Assembly (NCBI GenBank): GCA_963779615.1
Contig: CAVZZA010000005.1
Coordinates: 1 to 64,000 of the forward strand
Origin: an uncultured Nitrososphaeraceae archaeon
GTDB taxonomy: Archaea; Thermoproteota; Nitrososphaeria; Nitrososphaerales; Nitrososphaeraceae
Length of the DNA: 64,000 nt
Direction of reading: 5' to 3'
The position numbers and the translations under genes are program-made. The notes under the pieces are model-generated. The model searched no databases and was not told where the DNA came from. It was given only the letters and a program-made list of their open reading frames with translations. Of the stretch, positions 43,701 to 55,385 are shown in pieces. Each line of letters starts with the position of its first letter. Position 1 is the first letter of the stretch.

Positions 43701-44637
43701 CTACTTAATTGAAAATACTAATAAAGATAATTCTTCAGATACAGTATAAGGATCTTTAATTTTATTTAACATTGAATCAAGTAATTCATCAATTTCATGT
43801 TTTTTTAATTGAAAAACTTCCAATGTTTTTTGTTTAACTTTTTCCAAAACCATTTCTTTTAATTCGGAATCCAGAACTTGTTTTTGTTTTTGTTTTTGTT
43901 TTAAAATCCATTCTTCACTTTTAATTATAATATCGACTTTTGAACACAGCTCTTGCAAACCCTCTCCTGTTTTCGCAGAAGTTTTAACGATAAGGGGCCT
44001 CCGAGGCGTTTCACCAATTAGTTCCAGCAGAGAAAGGTATAGAGTATCAGAACCTTTTATGTCAGATTTATTTACAACATAAATATCGCCTATTTCAGTC
44101 AACCCTGCTTTTACTGCCTGAACGTTATCACCAGTATTTGGATTAAAGATAACCATTGTTAAATTAACAACATTTGATATTTCAACCTCTAGCTGGCCCG
44201 CTCCTACACTTTCAACTAAAATAAGAGTATACCCAGCAGCATCTAAAATCCTAATTGCATTTCTTAGTGACTTTGAAATGCCACCCAGTGTTCCTCTAGA
44301 GCCAAAGCTACGCATGAAAACATCTTCATCATCCATAGTCGACTGCATCCTAACTCGATCTCCAAGGATAGCACCCCCAGTAATAGGGCTGGTGGGGTCT
44401 ACTGCCAGAATAGCAATTTTGTAACCTAGACTCTTAAAATGGGGGATTAAATTTCCAATCAGAGGTACTTTTACCTGCACCTCCAGGACCAGTAAACCCA
44501 ATAGTAACAGCATTTCCTGTTCTTTGATAGATTTGTTTTAAGAGTTCATGAGCTTGAGGATTTTCATCATCAATTATAGAAATAGAACGAGCTATTGCTC
44601 TTTTATCCCCGATCAATATGTTGTCTACAATATCCAT
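43701..44637 (-). CDS. meaB: MeaB/ArgK GTPase (extra base at ~44464)
   Basis: GFTGPGGAGKST, AVDPTSP.TGGAILGDRVRM, VNKSD; joins two ORF-track frames. Confidence 0.93.
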
Positions 44638-44697
44638 TCATATTTATCAAAAATTTATAGAAATAAATTATTTTGCAATACAAATTAACATTCCATT

Positions 44698-45513
44698 TTA
44701 ATTCCTAAATAAATCTTGAGATTTCTCTCTGAAAAGAGATTTGATAGAAATATTATAAATAACACTATCATCATCATCATCATCATCTTCTAAATCAATC
44801 GATTGATATCCATATCCTCTAATAATTGCAACTGGAACTTCCAAGGTTTTTCCCATTACAAGTTCAGCGGAGGATGCTAATTCATCAACTATTGCTATTT
44901 CAGTCACCCTTAATACTTTGCCGAATGAGTCTTTCGATCCAACATAACTTTTTAATGGACAAATACCGGCTATCCCTATTGCAATATTTGTTTGACCTTT
45001 TCTAAAAGGGCGTCCAAACGTATCAGAAATTATTATTGAAACATTTTTTTTAAGTTTATGATAAATGTATTTCCTTATTTTTTTTGCAGATTCATCAGGA
45101 TTTTCCGGTAAGAGTAAGACTATATCTGTTTCGACTGAAACATTACTTTGATCTATCCCAGCATTTGCACATATAAAACCATATTTAGTTTCTACTATCA
45201 AATTTTTATTTGTTATCCTTATAATATCTAACGACTCGCGTAGAATCAGTTCTATCAAACGCGGGTCTTTTTCATGGATAGAAAATATTTCAAGTGCTTT
45301 TTTTGATGGAATAACATCTTTTAAATTTAAAATTCGATTTTCAGATTTAGAAATTATTTTCTGGGCTATCACAATAACATCATTTTCATAAATTTGTAAA
45401 TTGTTTAAATTCAAAGCCTCAAGAATTAATTCTGAAATATTATCGCCTTCTTCTATATTTTTATTTATTTTTACAGGTATAATTGTTATGGGGAAAAAGA
45501 AACAACACCTCAT
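44698..45513 (-). CDS. cofE: coenzyme F420-0:L-glutamate ligase (start uncertain)
   Basis: KIISKSE, ICANAGIDQSN, SDTFGRPFR.GQ, ELVMG. Confidence 0.94.
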   Translation of the reverse strand: MRCCFFFPITIIPVKINKNIEEGDNISELILEALNLNNLQIYENDVIVIAQKIISKSENRILNLKDVIPSKKALEIFSIHEKDPRLIELILRESLDIIRITNKNLIVETKYGFICANAGIDQSNVSVETDIVLLLPENPDESAKKIRKYIYHKLKKNVSIIISDTFGRPFRKGQTNIAIGIAGICPLKSYVGSKDSFGKVLRVTEIAIVDELASSAELVMGKTLEVPVAIIRGYGYQSIDLEDDDDDDDSVIYNISIKSLFREKSQDLFRN

Positions 45514-45523
45514 TGGTCATAAT

Positions 45524-46168
45524 TTATATATTTATCTTATTTCCAAATTTTTCTATGAAAATTGGAATTAAATCTGCCAAGTTTTTTCGATCTATAACAA
45601 CATCTGCCTTTTTCCTGACTATGTCAACTGGGCAAAATCCAACAGTGAAAGAAGACAAATTAAAAAGTTTCAAATCGTTTGCACCATCCACTACAACTAT
45701 TACTTCTTCTTTAGTAAAACCACCATTCTGAATGTAGGATTTTACGGAAAGTGATTTATCTGATGTAACTGATATTTCAACATCATGGAGTTTATTATCT
45801 TTAAAAATAAGATTATTAGAGAATATCCTGTCCAGCTCTAAATCTTCCACCAACCTATCAGTAATGATTGTGAACCCTCCAGAGACAGCAACCATTTTCC
45901 ATCCGGATTTTTTTAAAAAAGAACAGAGCTGTTTTGCTCCGGGCATGATTTCCAAGCTTTGGGCAATTTCATATGCCCTATTATAGTCTATGCCTCTCAA
46001 AGCATGGACTCTTTGTTTTAAACCCTCTTCCCAATTAATTTCACCACTAATACCTTTAATAGTAATATCCCAAATCTCTTTTTCTTTTTCTGATCCCATT
46101 AACTTGGCCAATACTGGGAGATATTCTGCATTTAACAAAACCCCTTCTACGTCAAATATAACAAGCAT
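45524..46168 (-). CDS. serB: phosphoserine phosphatase-like HAD hydrolase
   Basis: FDVEGVL, VSGGF, DGAND. Confidence 0.85.
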   Translation of the reverse strand: MLVIFDVEGVLLNAEYLPVLAKLMGSEKEKEIWDITIKGISGEINWEEGLKQRVHALRGIDYNRAYEIAQSLEIMPGAKQLCSFLKKSGWKMVAVSGGFTIITDRLVEDLELDRIFSNNLIFKDNKLHDVEISVTSDKSLSVKSYIQNGGFTKEEVIVVVDGANDLKLFNLSSFTVGFCPVDIVRKKADVVIDRKNLADLIPIFIEKFGNKINI

Positions 46169-46375
46169 AGGACAAACTTCTCTCCTTTATTTTACATAAT
46201 ATTAAGCTATTGAAGAGAAAAAACAGCATTATGCTTCTTTATCACTTATAAATTACGATGAATAAATTTTATGTTATTCTTTGTAAAACCAAAGCGGCCG
46301 TTATTAATCAACAGGTAGAAACATTAGTAAAAACTAAGATAAACATTTATTTGCTAAAAGGGGTTTTATTATAGT

Positions 46376-46633
46376 ATGTCTTCTAATTCTAATGATAATG
46401 TCAAATCAGGTATGAAAACAATTGACGTTAGAGGACTATATTGTCCTGAACCAGTTTTTAGAACAAAAATAGAAATAGAAAGAATGACAAAAGGGGATAC
46501 TCTTCGAATAGTGTCCGATGATCCAGACTCCGAGGAAGACATATCAAGATGGGTTAATCGTAATGGACATGAATTGATTTCACTGAATAAAAATAATAAC
46601 GATCTAGAATTTACAATCAAAAAGGCAAAATGA
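46376..46633 (+). CDS. tusA: TusA family sulfur carrier
   Basis: [11 protein letters not shown] and SDDP motifs. Confidence 0.93.
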   Translation: MSSNSNDNVKSGMKTIDVRGLYCPEPVFRTKIEIERMTKGDTLRIVSDDPDSEEDISRWVNRNGHELISLNKNNNDLEFTIKKAK

Positions 46634-47653
46634 ATAAAATGACCTCAACAACGTTCGCAGAATCCAATAAAAATAAAATAATAGGCAGAATTGGCAACAC
46701 TCCATTAATAGAATTAAAGAGTTTTTCCACAGAAAAAATAAAGATATTTGCAAAGTTAGAATGGTTCAATCCTTTTGGCTCTGTTAAAGACAGAGCAGCG
46801 TAACTGGATGATCAAAGATGCAGAAGAGAAAAATATATTAAAAAAAGATAAGAGTATAATTATTGAACCAACTTCAGGCAATACTGGAATTGCCCTAACT
46901 GGAATTGCCTCTAATTTGGGTTACAAGGTGGAAATAGTTATTCCAGAAAAAGTGAGCAAAGAAACAAAAAATATACTAAGAAAATTAGGCGCCACACTGC
47001 ACGAAACATCAGACGATCTATGTCCAAGGGTAGGTGCAGGAACAGATCAAAGTATTGCGTTAGCATATGCAATCTCAAAACCTCGACCTGATACATACTA
47101 TATGCCTAATCAATATGAAAATGATGCAAATTTTCTTTCCCATTATCAAAGCACCGGTCCAGAAATATGGGAACAGACTCATGGCAAAGTGACTCATTTC
47201 TTTACGGGGTGCGGTACAGGCGGTACAATTACTGGTATCGGTACATATTTGAAAGAAAAAAACGAAAATGTCCGGGTTATTGCCATTCAAGCTCAGAAAA
47301 ATCACTTGCTACAAGGCTTGAGAAATTTCGAGGAGTCATCAAAACCAGATCTTTTTATACGCAGAGAAAAAATAGTGGATGAGTGGTATACTGCAACCAA
47401 TGAAAAATCATTTCAAATGGTAAAATCACTTGCAGAGAAAGAGAGTATTTTGGCAGGTCCATCTTCAGGGTCAGTCATGTCATCAATGATGGATTATGTG
47501 AAAAACCACGATGAAGGCATATTTGTAGGGATTTTTGCTGATGATGGCAGGAAATTTGAAAGTCTGTATCATCAACAAAATGTATTTACAGAAGAAGAAT
47601 ATAACAAATATTTAAGAAATTGTAAACTGTTGCCTTTGTTGGCATATCAATAA
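46630..47653 (+). CDS. PLP-dependent cysteine synthase family (extra A at ~46802)
   Basis: [22 protein letters not shown] in the first frame; [18 protein letters not shown] in the second; ATGA overlap with tusA. Confidence 0.92.
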
Positions 47654-47694
47654 CTTTTACTTTATGTAATTAATTGTAAATGTATACTACAAAG

Positions 47695-48681
47695 TCATTG
47701 TTTTCTCTCAGCTAGCCATTTTTCAATATCTAACGCAGCCATGCAACCAAATCCCGCTGCAGTAATAGCTTGTCTATATCTATAATCATGAACATCACCG
47801 GAAGCAAAAACTCCATCGATATTTGTCTTTGTATAATTTTTAACAATAACATAACCTTTATCATCCATATCCACTTGGTCTCTAAATATAGATGTGTTTG
47901 GCTCATGGCCAATTGCAACAAATAATCCCCCAATACTTAATTTTTTTTCTTCATCATTAGTCATATTTTTAATAATAATTGATGATATTTTACCATCACC
48001 CTTTATATCCACTACCTTCGAATTCCAAATAAATTCTATTTTTGGGTTTTCAAATGCTCTTTCCTGTAATATTTTACTGGCTCTCAGGTGTTCTCTTCTA
48101 TGTATTATTTTAACAGACTTACCAAATTTGGTTAAGAAATTCGCTTCTTCTAAAGCAGTATCCCCACCACCAACAACTACAATATGTTGATCTTTGAAAA
48201 AAGGGCCATCACAGGTAGCACAATAAGAAACACCCCTTCCCGAAAAAGCTTGTTCAGATTCTATACCAAGTTTTCTGGGGGTAGCACCTGTGCTTATTAA
48301 TACACTTTCTGCGGTGTACAAAGATGATTCGGTAAATATTTTAAAAGGCTTGTTCTTAAAGTCAACCTTTTTGACCTCATCTGTTACCATAGCTGTTCCA
48401 AAACGTTCTGATTGCTGCTTCATGTTTATCATTAACTCGGGGCCAAATATTCCGTTTGGAAATCCAGGATAATTTTCAACCTCGCTTGTAGTCATCAATT
48501 GACCACCAGGCAAGCTACCTGTAATAATTAATGTTTTTAGTTTGGCTCTAGAGGTATAGATAGAAGCTGTGTAACCTGCCGGTCCTGAACCAACTATAAT
48601 AACATCAAAATGTTCATTTGAATTACTTTCAGATGAGAAATCACTATTTTTATCTGCTGATCCATCAGCCATATACAACAT
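47695..48681 (-). CDS. trxB: thioredoxin reductase
   Basis: GSGPAG, CATCDG, GGGDTA, RQAITAAG. Confidence 0.97.
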   Translation of the reverse strand: MLYMADGSADKNSDFSSESNSNEHFDVIIVGSGPAGYTASIYTSRAKLKTLIITGSLPGGQLMTTSEVENYPGFPNGIFGPELMINMKQQSERFGTAMVTDEVKKVDFKNKPFKIFTESSLYTAESVLISTGATPRKLGIESEQAFSGRGVSYCATCDGPFFKDQHIVVVGGGDTALEEANFLTKFGKSVKIIHRREHLRASKILQERAFENPKIEFIWNSKVVDIKGDGKISSIIIKNMTNDEEKKLSIGGLFVAIGHEPNTSIFRDQVDMDDKGYVIVKNYTKTNIDGVFASGDVHDYRYRQAITAAGFGCMAALDIEKWLAERKQ

Positions 48682-48836
48682 TATTTAATTTCTTGTTTTG
48701 TTTTCATTTATTAATGTGTTATGAGTTGTTTTTTTTAAAAATAAGGAAAATAAATATATATGAATATATATCTTCATTTTAATTTTAAAACAAATTTTAT
48801 TATATTCAATGCTTCTAAAAATTAGAAGATATTGTA

Positions 48837-49844
48837 ATGAGGTTAATTATTTGCGGAATGGGAGTAGTTGGTCAAAGCTTCATTAAATTATTAATTGACA
48901 GTTCTGATCCTTTATATAAAAAATATGGCATTAAACCTAGGATTGTTGCATGTGCAGATAGCCATGGTATAGCTTATTCTCAAACAGGCTTGGATCTCGA
49001 AAAATTATTATTTGTTAAAGAAAAGTTTGGAACTGTTGGAAAATATTCTAATGAAAAACCAAATGTTGAGAACTATATTGAGAATACCGACGCAGAAATA
49101 TTTTTAGAACTAACTCCCACAAATTTAGTTTCTGGAGAACCGGGTCTATCCAATATTATCTCAGCGTTAAGAACTCAAAAAAACGTAATAACTGTAAATA
49201 AAGGGCCACTAGCACTATCATTTCCTTCTTTAATTGAATTAGCCAACTATAACAACGTAATGTTAAGGTTTAGTGGAACAGTTGGTGGAGGAACGCCTGT
49301 ATTAGAATTTGCAAAACATTGCCTAAAGGGGGACAAAATCACGTCATTTATGGGGATATTAAATGGCACTACCAATTATATTTTAACCAAAATGTCAGAG
49401 GGTATGACTTTTGAGGAGTCTTTGAATGATGCAAAAATTAAGGGTTATGCAGAAGCCGAAGTTTCTTTAGATATAAATGGCGACGATGCAGCAGCTAAAT
49501 TGGTTATAATGGCAAATTGGATAATGGGACATAAGGTGACGATGAAAGACATAGATAAAGAGGGAATTACAGATGTCAAACTCGAAGATATTAATAGCGC
49601 AGCAAAAAATAGAGAAAATGTAAAACTAATTGCCAAGTGTGACGATAAAAATTTATATGTTAAACCTATAGCGATATCAAAAGATGATCCAATTTGTGTA
49701 AATGGCACATTGAATGCAGTTACTTTTAAATCGGAGCATTCAGGGGAACAGACAATTATTGGAAGAGGGGCAGGGGGCATGGAGACAGCAAGTTCTATAT
49801 TAAGGGATCTCATTGAAATCAAGGAAAACTTTCCAGTCTCCTAA
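48837..49844 (+). CDS. hom: homoserine dehydrogenase
   Basis: GMGVVG, TVNKG, GILNGTTNYIL, GRGAGG.ETAS. Confidence 0.95.
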   Translation: MRLIICGMGVVGQSFIKLLIDSSDPLYKKYGIKPRIVACADSHGIAYSQTGLDLEKLLFVKEKFGTVGKYSNEKPNVENYIENTDAEIFLELTPTNLVSGEPGLSNIISALRTQKNVITVNKGPLALSFPSLIELANYNNVMLRFSGTVGGGTPVLEFAKHCLKGDKITSFMGILNGTTNYILTKMSEGMTFEESLNDAKIKGYAEAEVSLDINGDDAAAKLVIMANWIMGHKVTMKDIDKEGITDVKLEDINSAAKNRENVKLIAKCDDKNLYVKPIAISKDDPICVNGTLNAVTFKSEHSGEQTIIGRGAGGMETASSILRDLIEIKENFPVS

Positions 49845-50497
49845 CTAATAAAACCATTAATACGATTGTAATAATATTTTATTCTTTTAAAAATATCAAA
49901 GATACAAAATTTCTAAAAAAGAATTATTAAGAACTTAAGATCAGTAAAAACGCATAGATGTATAAGAGGTTGGTTGAAATTCAAGGAAAAAGAACTTTAA
50001 GTCCGATATTTCAGATTGAAAAAGATGAAGTATTTTATCATGTAAGAGAAATCCCACGCCAAACAAAATATATCTGCAAGCCCGTTAATGAAAAATATGG
50101 AAATGCTTTAAAAAATGTATAAAGTGGAAAGTTTTTTGAAGTGCAAAGAAGAATTGTTAAGAACGGCCTTTTATCTTATTGGTCAAACTGCAGGTCTCAT
50201 AGGTGGCGTTTCTTTTGGATTATCAAACATCGATTCAAAAACAAATGAGCAATATGAAATGGACATAGGTAAACCAGTTAATTGTATTATAAAAAGCATA
50301 TTTAAAAACAATAGAATGTCAAGATTATTGACAAAAAAAATAGAAAATTTTCCAGGATTATATATCGAGCTAAAAAAAATAGAATGCATTGTAAATGTCA
50401 GGTATCTAGAGAGAACAATTAAATCATCACTCCTCACAACTCTAACCAAACAATTGCTTTTTTTAAAGGATGCAATAGGAGGAAAAAAAGAAAATGT

Positions 50498-51103
50498 ATG
50501 CAAATGTCGACAAGTCTACAGCCCTTTTGTAATTTTAGCATCAAGTATTTGACGACTAAATATTCTGGTCAATTAATAGAGAATCGTATTTTCATTCATG
50601 ATATTTTAGAATCAAGGGATTTATTTAGTGGAGGTTATTATGGCAAACCCTTAGGTGTATCAAAACCAAAAAACTTTGACTTTGATTCACAATTGGTTCT
50701 TGACCTAATTGAAGGATATTTTCTATTCCTTAAAAATAAATTAGTCATATACAAACATGATGGAAAACTGATTTCTTTAAAGGAAATAACAAATATTTGC
50801 AAAAGACAGTATACGGATTTTGAAGTAAAGTATATGGTTTTTGAAAATCTAAGAAATAAAGGGTATGTTGTCTCTCCAGGAATTAAATTCGGATGTGATT
50901 TTGCTGTGTATATTCATGGCCCAGGCATAGATCATGCACCCTATTTGGTAAAGGTATTGAAGCCATCTGAAAATATCTCTGGTGTAGATATAGTTTTGGC
51001 AGGAAGGCTTGCCACCACAGTAAAAAAACAGTTTATTTTAGCAATTGTATACACAGAGGAAAAAAGTATAAAATTTGTAGGGTTTGACTGGTGGAAAGCA
51101 TAA
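50498..51103 (+). CDS. endA: tRNA-intron endonuclease (catalytic subunit)
   Basis: GIKFGCDFAVY..GPGIDHAPY, RLATTVKK. Confidence 0.94.
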   Translation: MQMSTSLQPFCNFSIKYLTTKYSGQLIENRIFIHDILESRDLFSGGYYGKPLGVSKPKNFDFDSQLVLDLIEGYFLFLKNKLVIYKHDGKLISLKEITNICKRQYTDFEVKYMVFENLRNKGYVVSPGIKFGCDFAVYIHGPGIDHAPYLVKVLKPSENISGVDIVLAGRLATTVKKQFILAIVYTEEKSIKFVGFDWWKA

Positions 51104-51527
51104 TAATATTTATACAGAATCCCATCTCAACAAAGAAATATAAATCTGTTAATCATTGTTCTACAAAATTAAGAGTTGGATTGAATAGTTCTAGACTCTC
51201 ATATTTACATTTCATAGTTGTCGGAATTATTTACAAACATATTGACAAATTTTTTCAGTCACTGCCATAGATATACCATAAATAAGAATATGTGTGATAA
51301 CTTTTCCAGGGAAGGTTAGTTAGTTTTTATTTTTTTAATTTATATATGCCATGTTTAAATGGTTGTATCACAACATTTAGAATTATGTGAGATGATTAAA
51401 ATTATAAAAATGTCTTAAATAACAGTTTTTGTTCAGGCATCCATCTCACAGTTAAAACATCTTTATAAATTACTTTAAATGACGTATACATACTAATTGT
51501 ACGAATTATAAAGTTTATGAATTATAT

Positions 51528-53018
51528 TTATAAGTATTCAAAATCATCTTTATCATACCAATAGTTAAATCGTTGATGTAACCAAGGAAAAAAATTATTA
51601 TTCTCATTTTCAAAATCCTTTTTAAGTATTTTTACTATTTTTTTTGACACCTCTCCAGGTTTTCCATAAATTGGCTTTTTTTTACTAAAATCAAATCCAT
51701 AATTCTCTCTTTTTTCATACATCATTGATATGATGTGAGGCAACCAACTCCTGTTTATAGGTGGAATTAACAAATTTCCCCGGGCATCAAAAATTGTTTC
51801 AGGTCTGTCAGTATTCAATCTCATTGTAAAAGAACAAACCTTCGGAAAATACAACAATTCTTCTTGCATAGAGCCTGAATCAGTTATCTCTGCCCAACAT
51901 TTACCGCTATCTAAAAATTCGACTACATTACCATATTCTTTCCACAAATTTGAAATAATAAATTTGTCACTGTATTGTTCTTCAAGTCTTTGAAGTTTTG
52001 AATAAAGATTAAACTTATTTAAAGCAGAAACTGTTGCGTTTAATAATATCAAAATTACCTTAAATTCTGTCTTGGTTAACAAGTCAATTAACCCACCTAT
52101 GATCGCATTGAATCTATTATAAGTCAAATTTTCCCTTCTATGAATATCCATTCTAATCCAATTTCCAGAATCTAATTTTGGATAGATCTCAAATATACTT
52201 TTTTTTGGTTTATTGTTTCGTTTTAGATTTATTGCATCTACAACAGAATTTCCCACGACATGGATATCTTCCTTAGGATAACCTTCTCTAATCAAATTCT
52301 CTTTATTTAATTTTGTAGGAGCAAAAAAGAATTTTGTGCCTGCTGAGCAGACCCATGTATCGATTTGCTCAGGAAATGGTTCCTCTCGTGTAATGAACCA
52401 GTTGTTTGATAACTGATCTATTATAAAATCTTCTAAAAATTTTTTATTTGGAATCTGATTTGTTTTTATTTTCGTTATAATTTTCGGGCTCATGGAACGA
52501 AGGCCAGCCTCATTCTGCCCCACTTTTTGACCCAATCCAAAAACCCATGATAACGTTGCCATTCCAGCCACTAAGGTATCACCATGCACTATTGGTAAAA
52601 TATGATGATTTGGGCAGTATTCCTTTAAATATCTTCCAAAGTATCCAAACTTCAAGATCAAATCTCCAGATTTTTCCATTAAATCTCCCCGTATATTCAA
52701 ATCACATGCAACAGAATCATTTAGATCGAATTCTTTTATACCATAACCTAGTAAATCATCATAGTGCTGACCAGTTGAAATTATAAATGCGGGTAAATTC
52801 TCTTTTTTAGCTTCCAATAACAACGGGGCCTGTTTATAAAAATCTGGTTTAGTACCAATAACTATTGCTAAAACTTTTTTTATATCCTTATTATTTGAAA
52901 ATAAATCAGAAAGAAAATTTCGATTTATTGTGATTGGTAAAAAGTTTTTTTTTATATTAATATTTATTACATTACCTGTATCTTTTTTATTTTGATAATT
53001 AGTTACTTTATTATTCAA
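51528..53018 (-). CDS. UDP-N-acetylglucosamine 2-epimerase family
   Basis: GTKPD, TGQHY, HGDT, EAGLRS, HRREN, TDSGSMQEE. Confidence 0.9.
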   Translation of the reverse strand: MNNKVTNYQNKKDTGNVININIKKNFLPITINRNFLSDLFSNNKDIKKVLAIVIGTKPDFYKQAPLLLEAKKENLPAFIISTGQHYDDLLGYGIKEFDLNDSVACDLNIRGDLMEKSGDLILKFGYFGRYLKEYCPNHHILPIVHGDTLVAGMATLSWVFGLGQKVGQNEAGLRSMSPKIITKIKTNQIPNKKFLEDFIIDQLSNNWFITREEPFPEQIDTWVCSAGTKFFFAPTKLNKENLIREGYPKEDIHVVGNSVVDAINLKRNNKPKKSIFEIYPKLDSGNWIRMDIHRRENLTYNRFNAIIGGLIDLLTKTEFKVILILLNATVSALNKFNLYSKLQRLEEQYSDKFIISNLWKEYGNVVEFLDSGKCWAEITDSGSMQEELLYFPKVCSFTMRLNTDRPETIFDARGNLLIPPINRSWLPHIISMMYEKRENYGFDFSKKKPIYGKPGEVSKKIVKILKKDFENENNNFFPWLHQRFNYWYDKDDFEYL

Positions 53019-53044
53019 TAGAGAAAACCTTCACATTGATGGGA

Positions 53045-53491
53045 TTAATTATAGTCAAAATTCCGGTTGTTTTGTTTCTTTTTATTCTGTCTATAGGTAT
53101 TTACACCAACCAGGAACAATAAGACTCCAAACCCAATAAAAATTAAAGGGATATTAGAAATCCATAAAGGTAATTCAATACTTTGTACTTTGGGTACTAA
53201 AAAAGAAACATAAATCATACCAATTATAAGAACAATTCCAGAGGACATAATTAACAAAGATGACAATTTTGAAGTATCTTTTGATACAGCATTTGTAAAA
53301 AAAGATAGCGCTATGGCAGGAGCTATAGTTATGAAAACAATTTGAATAAAGGAACTCGAAGGCTCTACCACCCTTTGAGGACCTTTAGAATCAGGTCCGA
53401 TTAAAAAAGAATAAAAAGAAACCGTCAGGAAGATAAATAAAACAACTAAACCTACAATTGAAAAAGATAACCATTCACCTGTCTTTAACAT
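53045..53491 (-). CDS. hypothetical membrane protein
   Basis: Four hydrophobic segments. Confidence 0.75.
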   Translation of the reverse strand: MLKTGEWLSFSIVGLVVLFIFLTVSFYSFLIGPDSKGPQRVVEPSSSFIQIVFITIAPAIALSFFTNAVSKDTSKLSSLLIMSSGIVLIIGMIYVSFLVPKVQSIELPLWISNIPLIFIGFGVLLFLVGVNTYRQNKKKQNNRNFDYN

Positions 53492-53532
53492 TTCTTTATT
53501 TTTAGTAAAAAAGGTTGATTATTTTAATTTTG

Positions 53533-54600
53533 TTAAATTATTCCAATTAGTCGTGCCAACTCTTTTCTAGATGCAGCACCCAAGATTTCAGCAGAATATT
53601 CAGGACTAGGCAAGTTTACAAATATTCCAAATCCCCTTTCAAGGCCAGACCAAGATGTTATAAGTGGATAAATCTCGATATGCCAGTGTAGCTGCCTGCT
53701 ATTTTTCTTTTCTGGTGATATATGAAACGCCATGCTGAAATCCACTTTTCCTAAAACACTATCCATCCCTCGCATAGAAGAACAAATAACCAAGGATAAA
53801 TCTGAAATTTCTTTTTGACTTATTTTTGAGAAGTAAGTAGAATGTCTTCTTGGGCATATCCAAAACTCATAATTATATGTAGGTGCCCAAGGAACCATGG
53901 TGATAAAACTGTCGGTTGAAAAAAGCTGTCTTGGGCCATTTATCTCTGATTCAATTGTATTACAGGAAGGACAACTACCATTTTCATTCATCAATTGATT
54001 AAAAGTTTTAGATTCTTTTTCAATAACTGGAGGAATTGATGAAAAAGTAGTGACATGGAAATGAGGGTGATTTATGATACTGCCACCACTTAAACCTCTG
54101 CTCGCATGAATAGCTACATATGTAACTCCCCGTTGACTATAAAGCCACCGTATCCTATCTTGCAAAACTAACAATAAATTAGTCCATTGCTCTACAGAAA
54201 GTTCTGTTAATGAAACATTATGTTGGGGGGTGGGTATTACTATTAAATCATATCCAAAAGCTGGTTCTCTGTAAAAAGGTTTGTCTGAATATTCGTGATT
54301 TGGGTTTGTTGTCACTATGGGATTTTTACATTCAAATACCCGGATAGTCCAATCATCACGTTCATCTGCTTGGGTATCATACAACCTTTGAAGTATGCCA
54401 TTTTTAATTACAAAAGACAACATTAATTGATCAGATATTTGTTTGGTTCCAGGACAATAAGGGCATTTATTTTCTTCTTTTAAATTGCCTTGCATGTTAT
54501 TTTGTTGAGAAATTTTGTGATGGGTTTCATTTTTGTTAACATTATGTGGGATTAAAACATATTTATCTGGTACATAGTAATCTTTCCTCATTTCCGACAA
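53533..54600 (-). CDS. galT: galactose-1-phosphate uridylyltransferase (GalT/HIT family)
   Basis: SEMRKD, CPYCPG, HPH, HWHIEIYP, GLERG. Confidence 0.88.
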   Translation of the reverse strand: MSEMRKDYYVPDKYVLIPHNVNKNETHHKISQQNNMQGNLKEENKCPYCPGTKQISDQLMLSFVIKNGILQRLYDTQADERDDWTIRVFECKNPIVTTNPNHEYSDKPFYREPAFGYDLIVIPTPQHNVSLTELSVEQWTNLLLVLQDRIRWLYSQRGVTYVAIHASRGLSGGSIINHPHFHVTTFSSIPPVIEKESKTFNQLMNENGSCPSCNTIESEINGPRQLFSTDSFITMVPWAPTYNYEFWICPRRHSTYFSKISQKEISDLSLVICSSMRGMDSVLGKVDFSMAFHISPEKKNSRQLHWHIEIYPLITSWSGLERGFGIFVNLPSPEYSAEILGAASRKELARLIGII

Positions 54601-54653
54601 CTTTTCTATCTAAAAAGTTCACTAAAATCTTTTAAATAAATATTATGCTTTTT

Positions 54654-55385
54654 GACTCTGTAAAGTTAAGGATTTAATTTCCACTAAATTAATTATACTG
54701 GTTTTTCAAGATGTTTCGGTTCTTTTAAGATTTCAATTCCTTGTTATGAACATCTGCGAAAAGAGTCAGCCAATTAATCACATGCTTTAATTTGCATTTC
54801 TTATTTTTGCAAGAAAAATGATCATCTAAGCATTCAGTTTGGTCCTTGATGTAATGTATGGTTATCTCTATGATACTTTCTCATAAGATGAATTGATATG
54901 ATGCTTAACCTTCAGAAATGTGCCGCTTGAGGGGTACCATGTCCCTCATTAGTCGAAACAGGGTGTTCTCCATGGTCTTCCAAAAGGCCGGATAGAAATG
55001 TTCGGCCACAAACATCTTTATTTCTTGATATGCTTACTGAAAGGATTTACTTGGTGGCAGGCTCCACAACTGCCACCCATCAAAGGCCATACCAACTCTG
55101 AACCAATTATAAGCAATGTCTCGTCAAGGGCAAAAAATCCTCATCAACCTTCTTTTTCTTTGAGGAAAGCCTCTTTGGTTTGTGCTTTTGTATCCAGTTC
55201 CAGACGGAAACTCGGTTTCGTTTGATAGCATGAGGACAATATTGGGGAGGTTGTTCTTAAATACAAACCTGAAAAATAAAAATGTTATCCATAGTCAATA
55301 GACACTGGAAGGTGTCCTGTTTCTAATACTCACAATGGAAATAGGCATCTTCAAGCTATAGATTTATCGTTAAGTGAACAGAGCC
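54654..55385 (-). mobile_element. degenerate IS6-family element
   Basis: Imperfect IRs GACTCTGTAAAGTTAA (54654) and TTAAGTGAACAGAGCC (ending 55385); frameshifted minus-strand fragments RNRTPS, VSVWNWIQKHKP, DETLL, SYEKSII, HVINWL. Confidence 0.85.

Noticed and set aside
36700-46810. Programmed frameshifting in leuA, the mutase, meaB and cysteine synthase
   Set aside because: No slippery heptamers or shared signal; isolated one-base insertions fit sequencing error better.
49930-50552. ORFs 50115-50552 (+) and 50183-50503 (-)
   Set aside because: No recognisable motifs, and both overlap the endA start; possibly a decayed gene but not supportable.
54900-55260. GC-rich hairpins and GAGGAAAG suggesting RNase P RNA or a riboswitch
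   Set aside because: The minus strand translates to IS6 transposase fragments and is bounded by IS6-type IRs; other RNase P conserved regions were not found.
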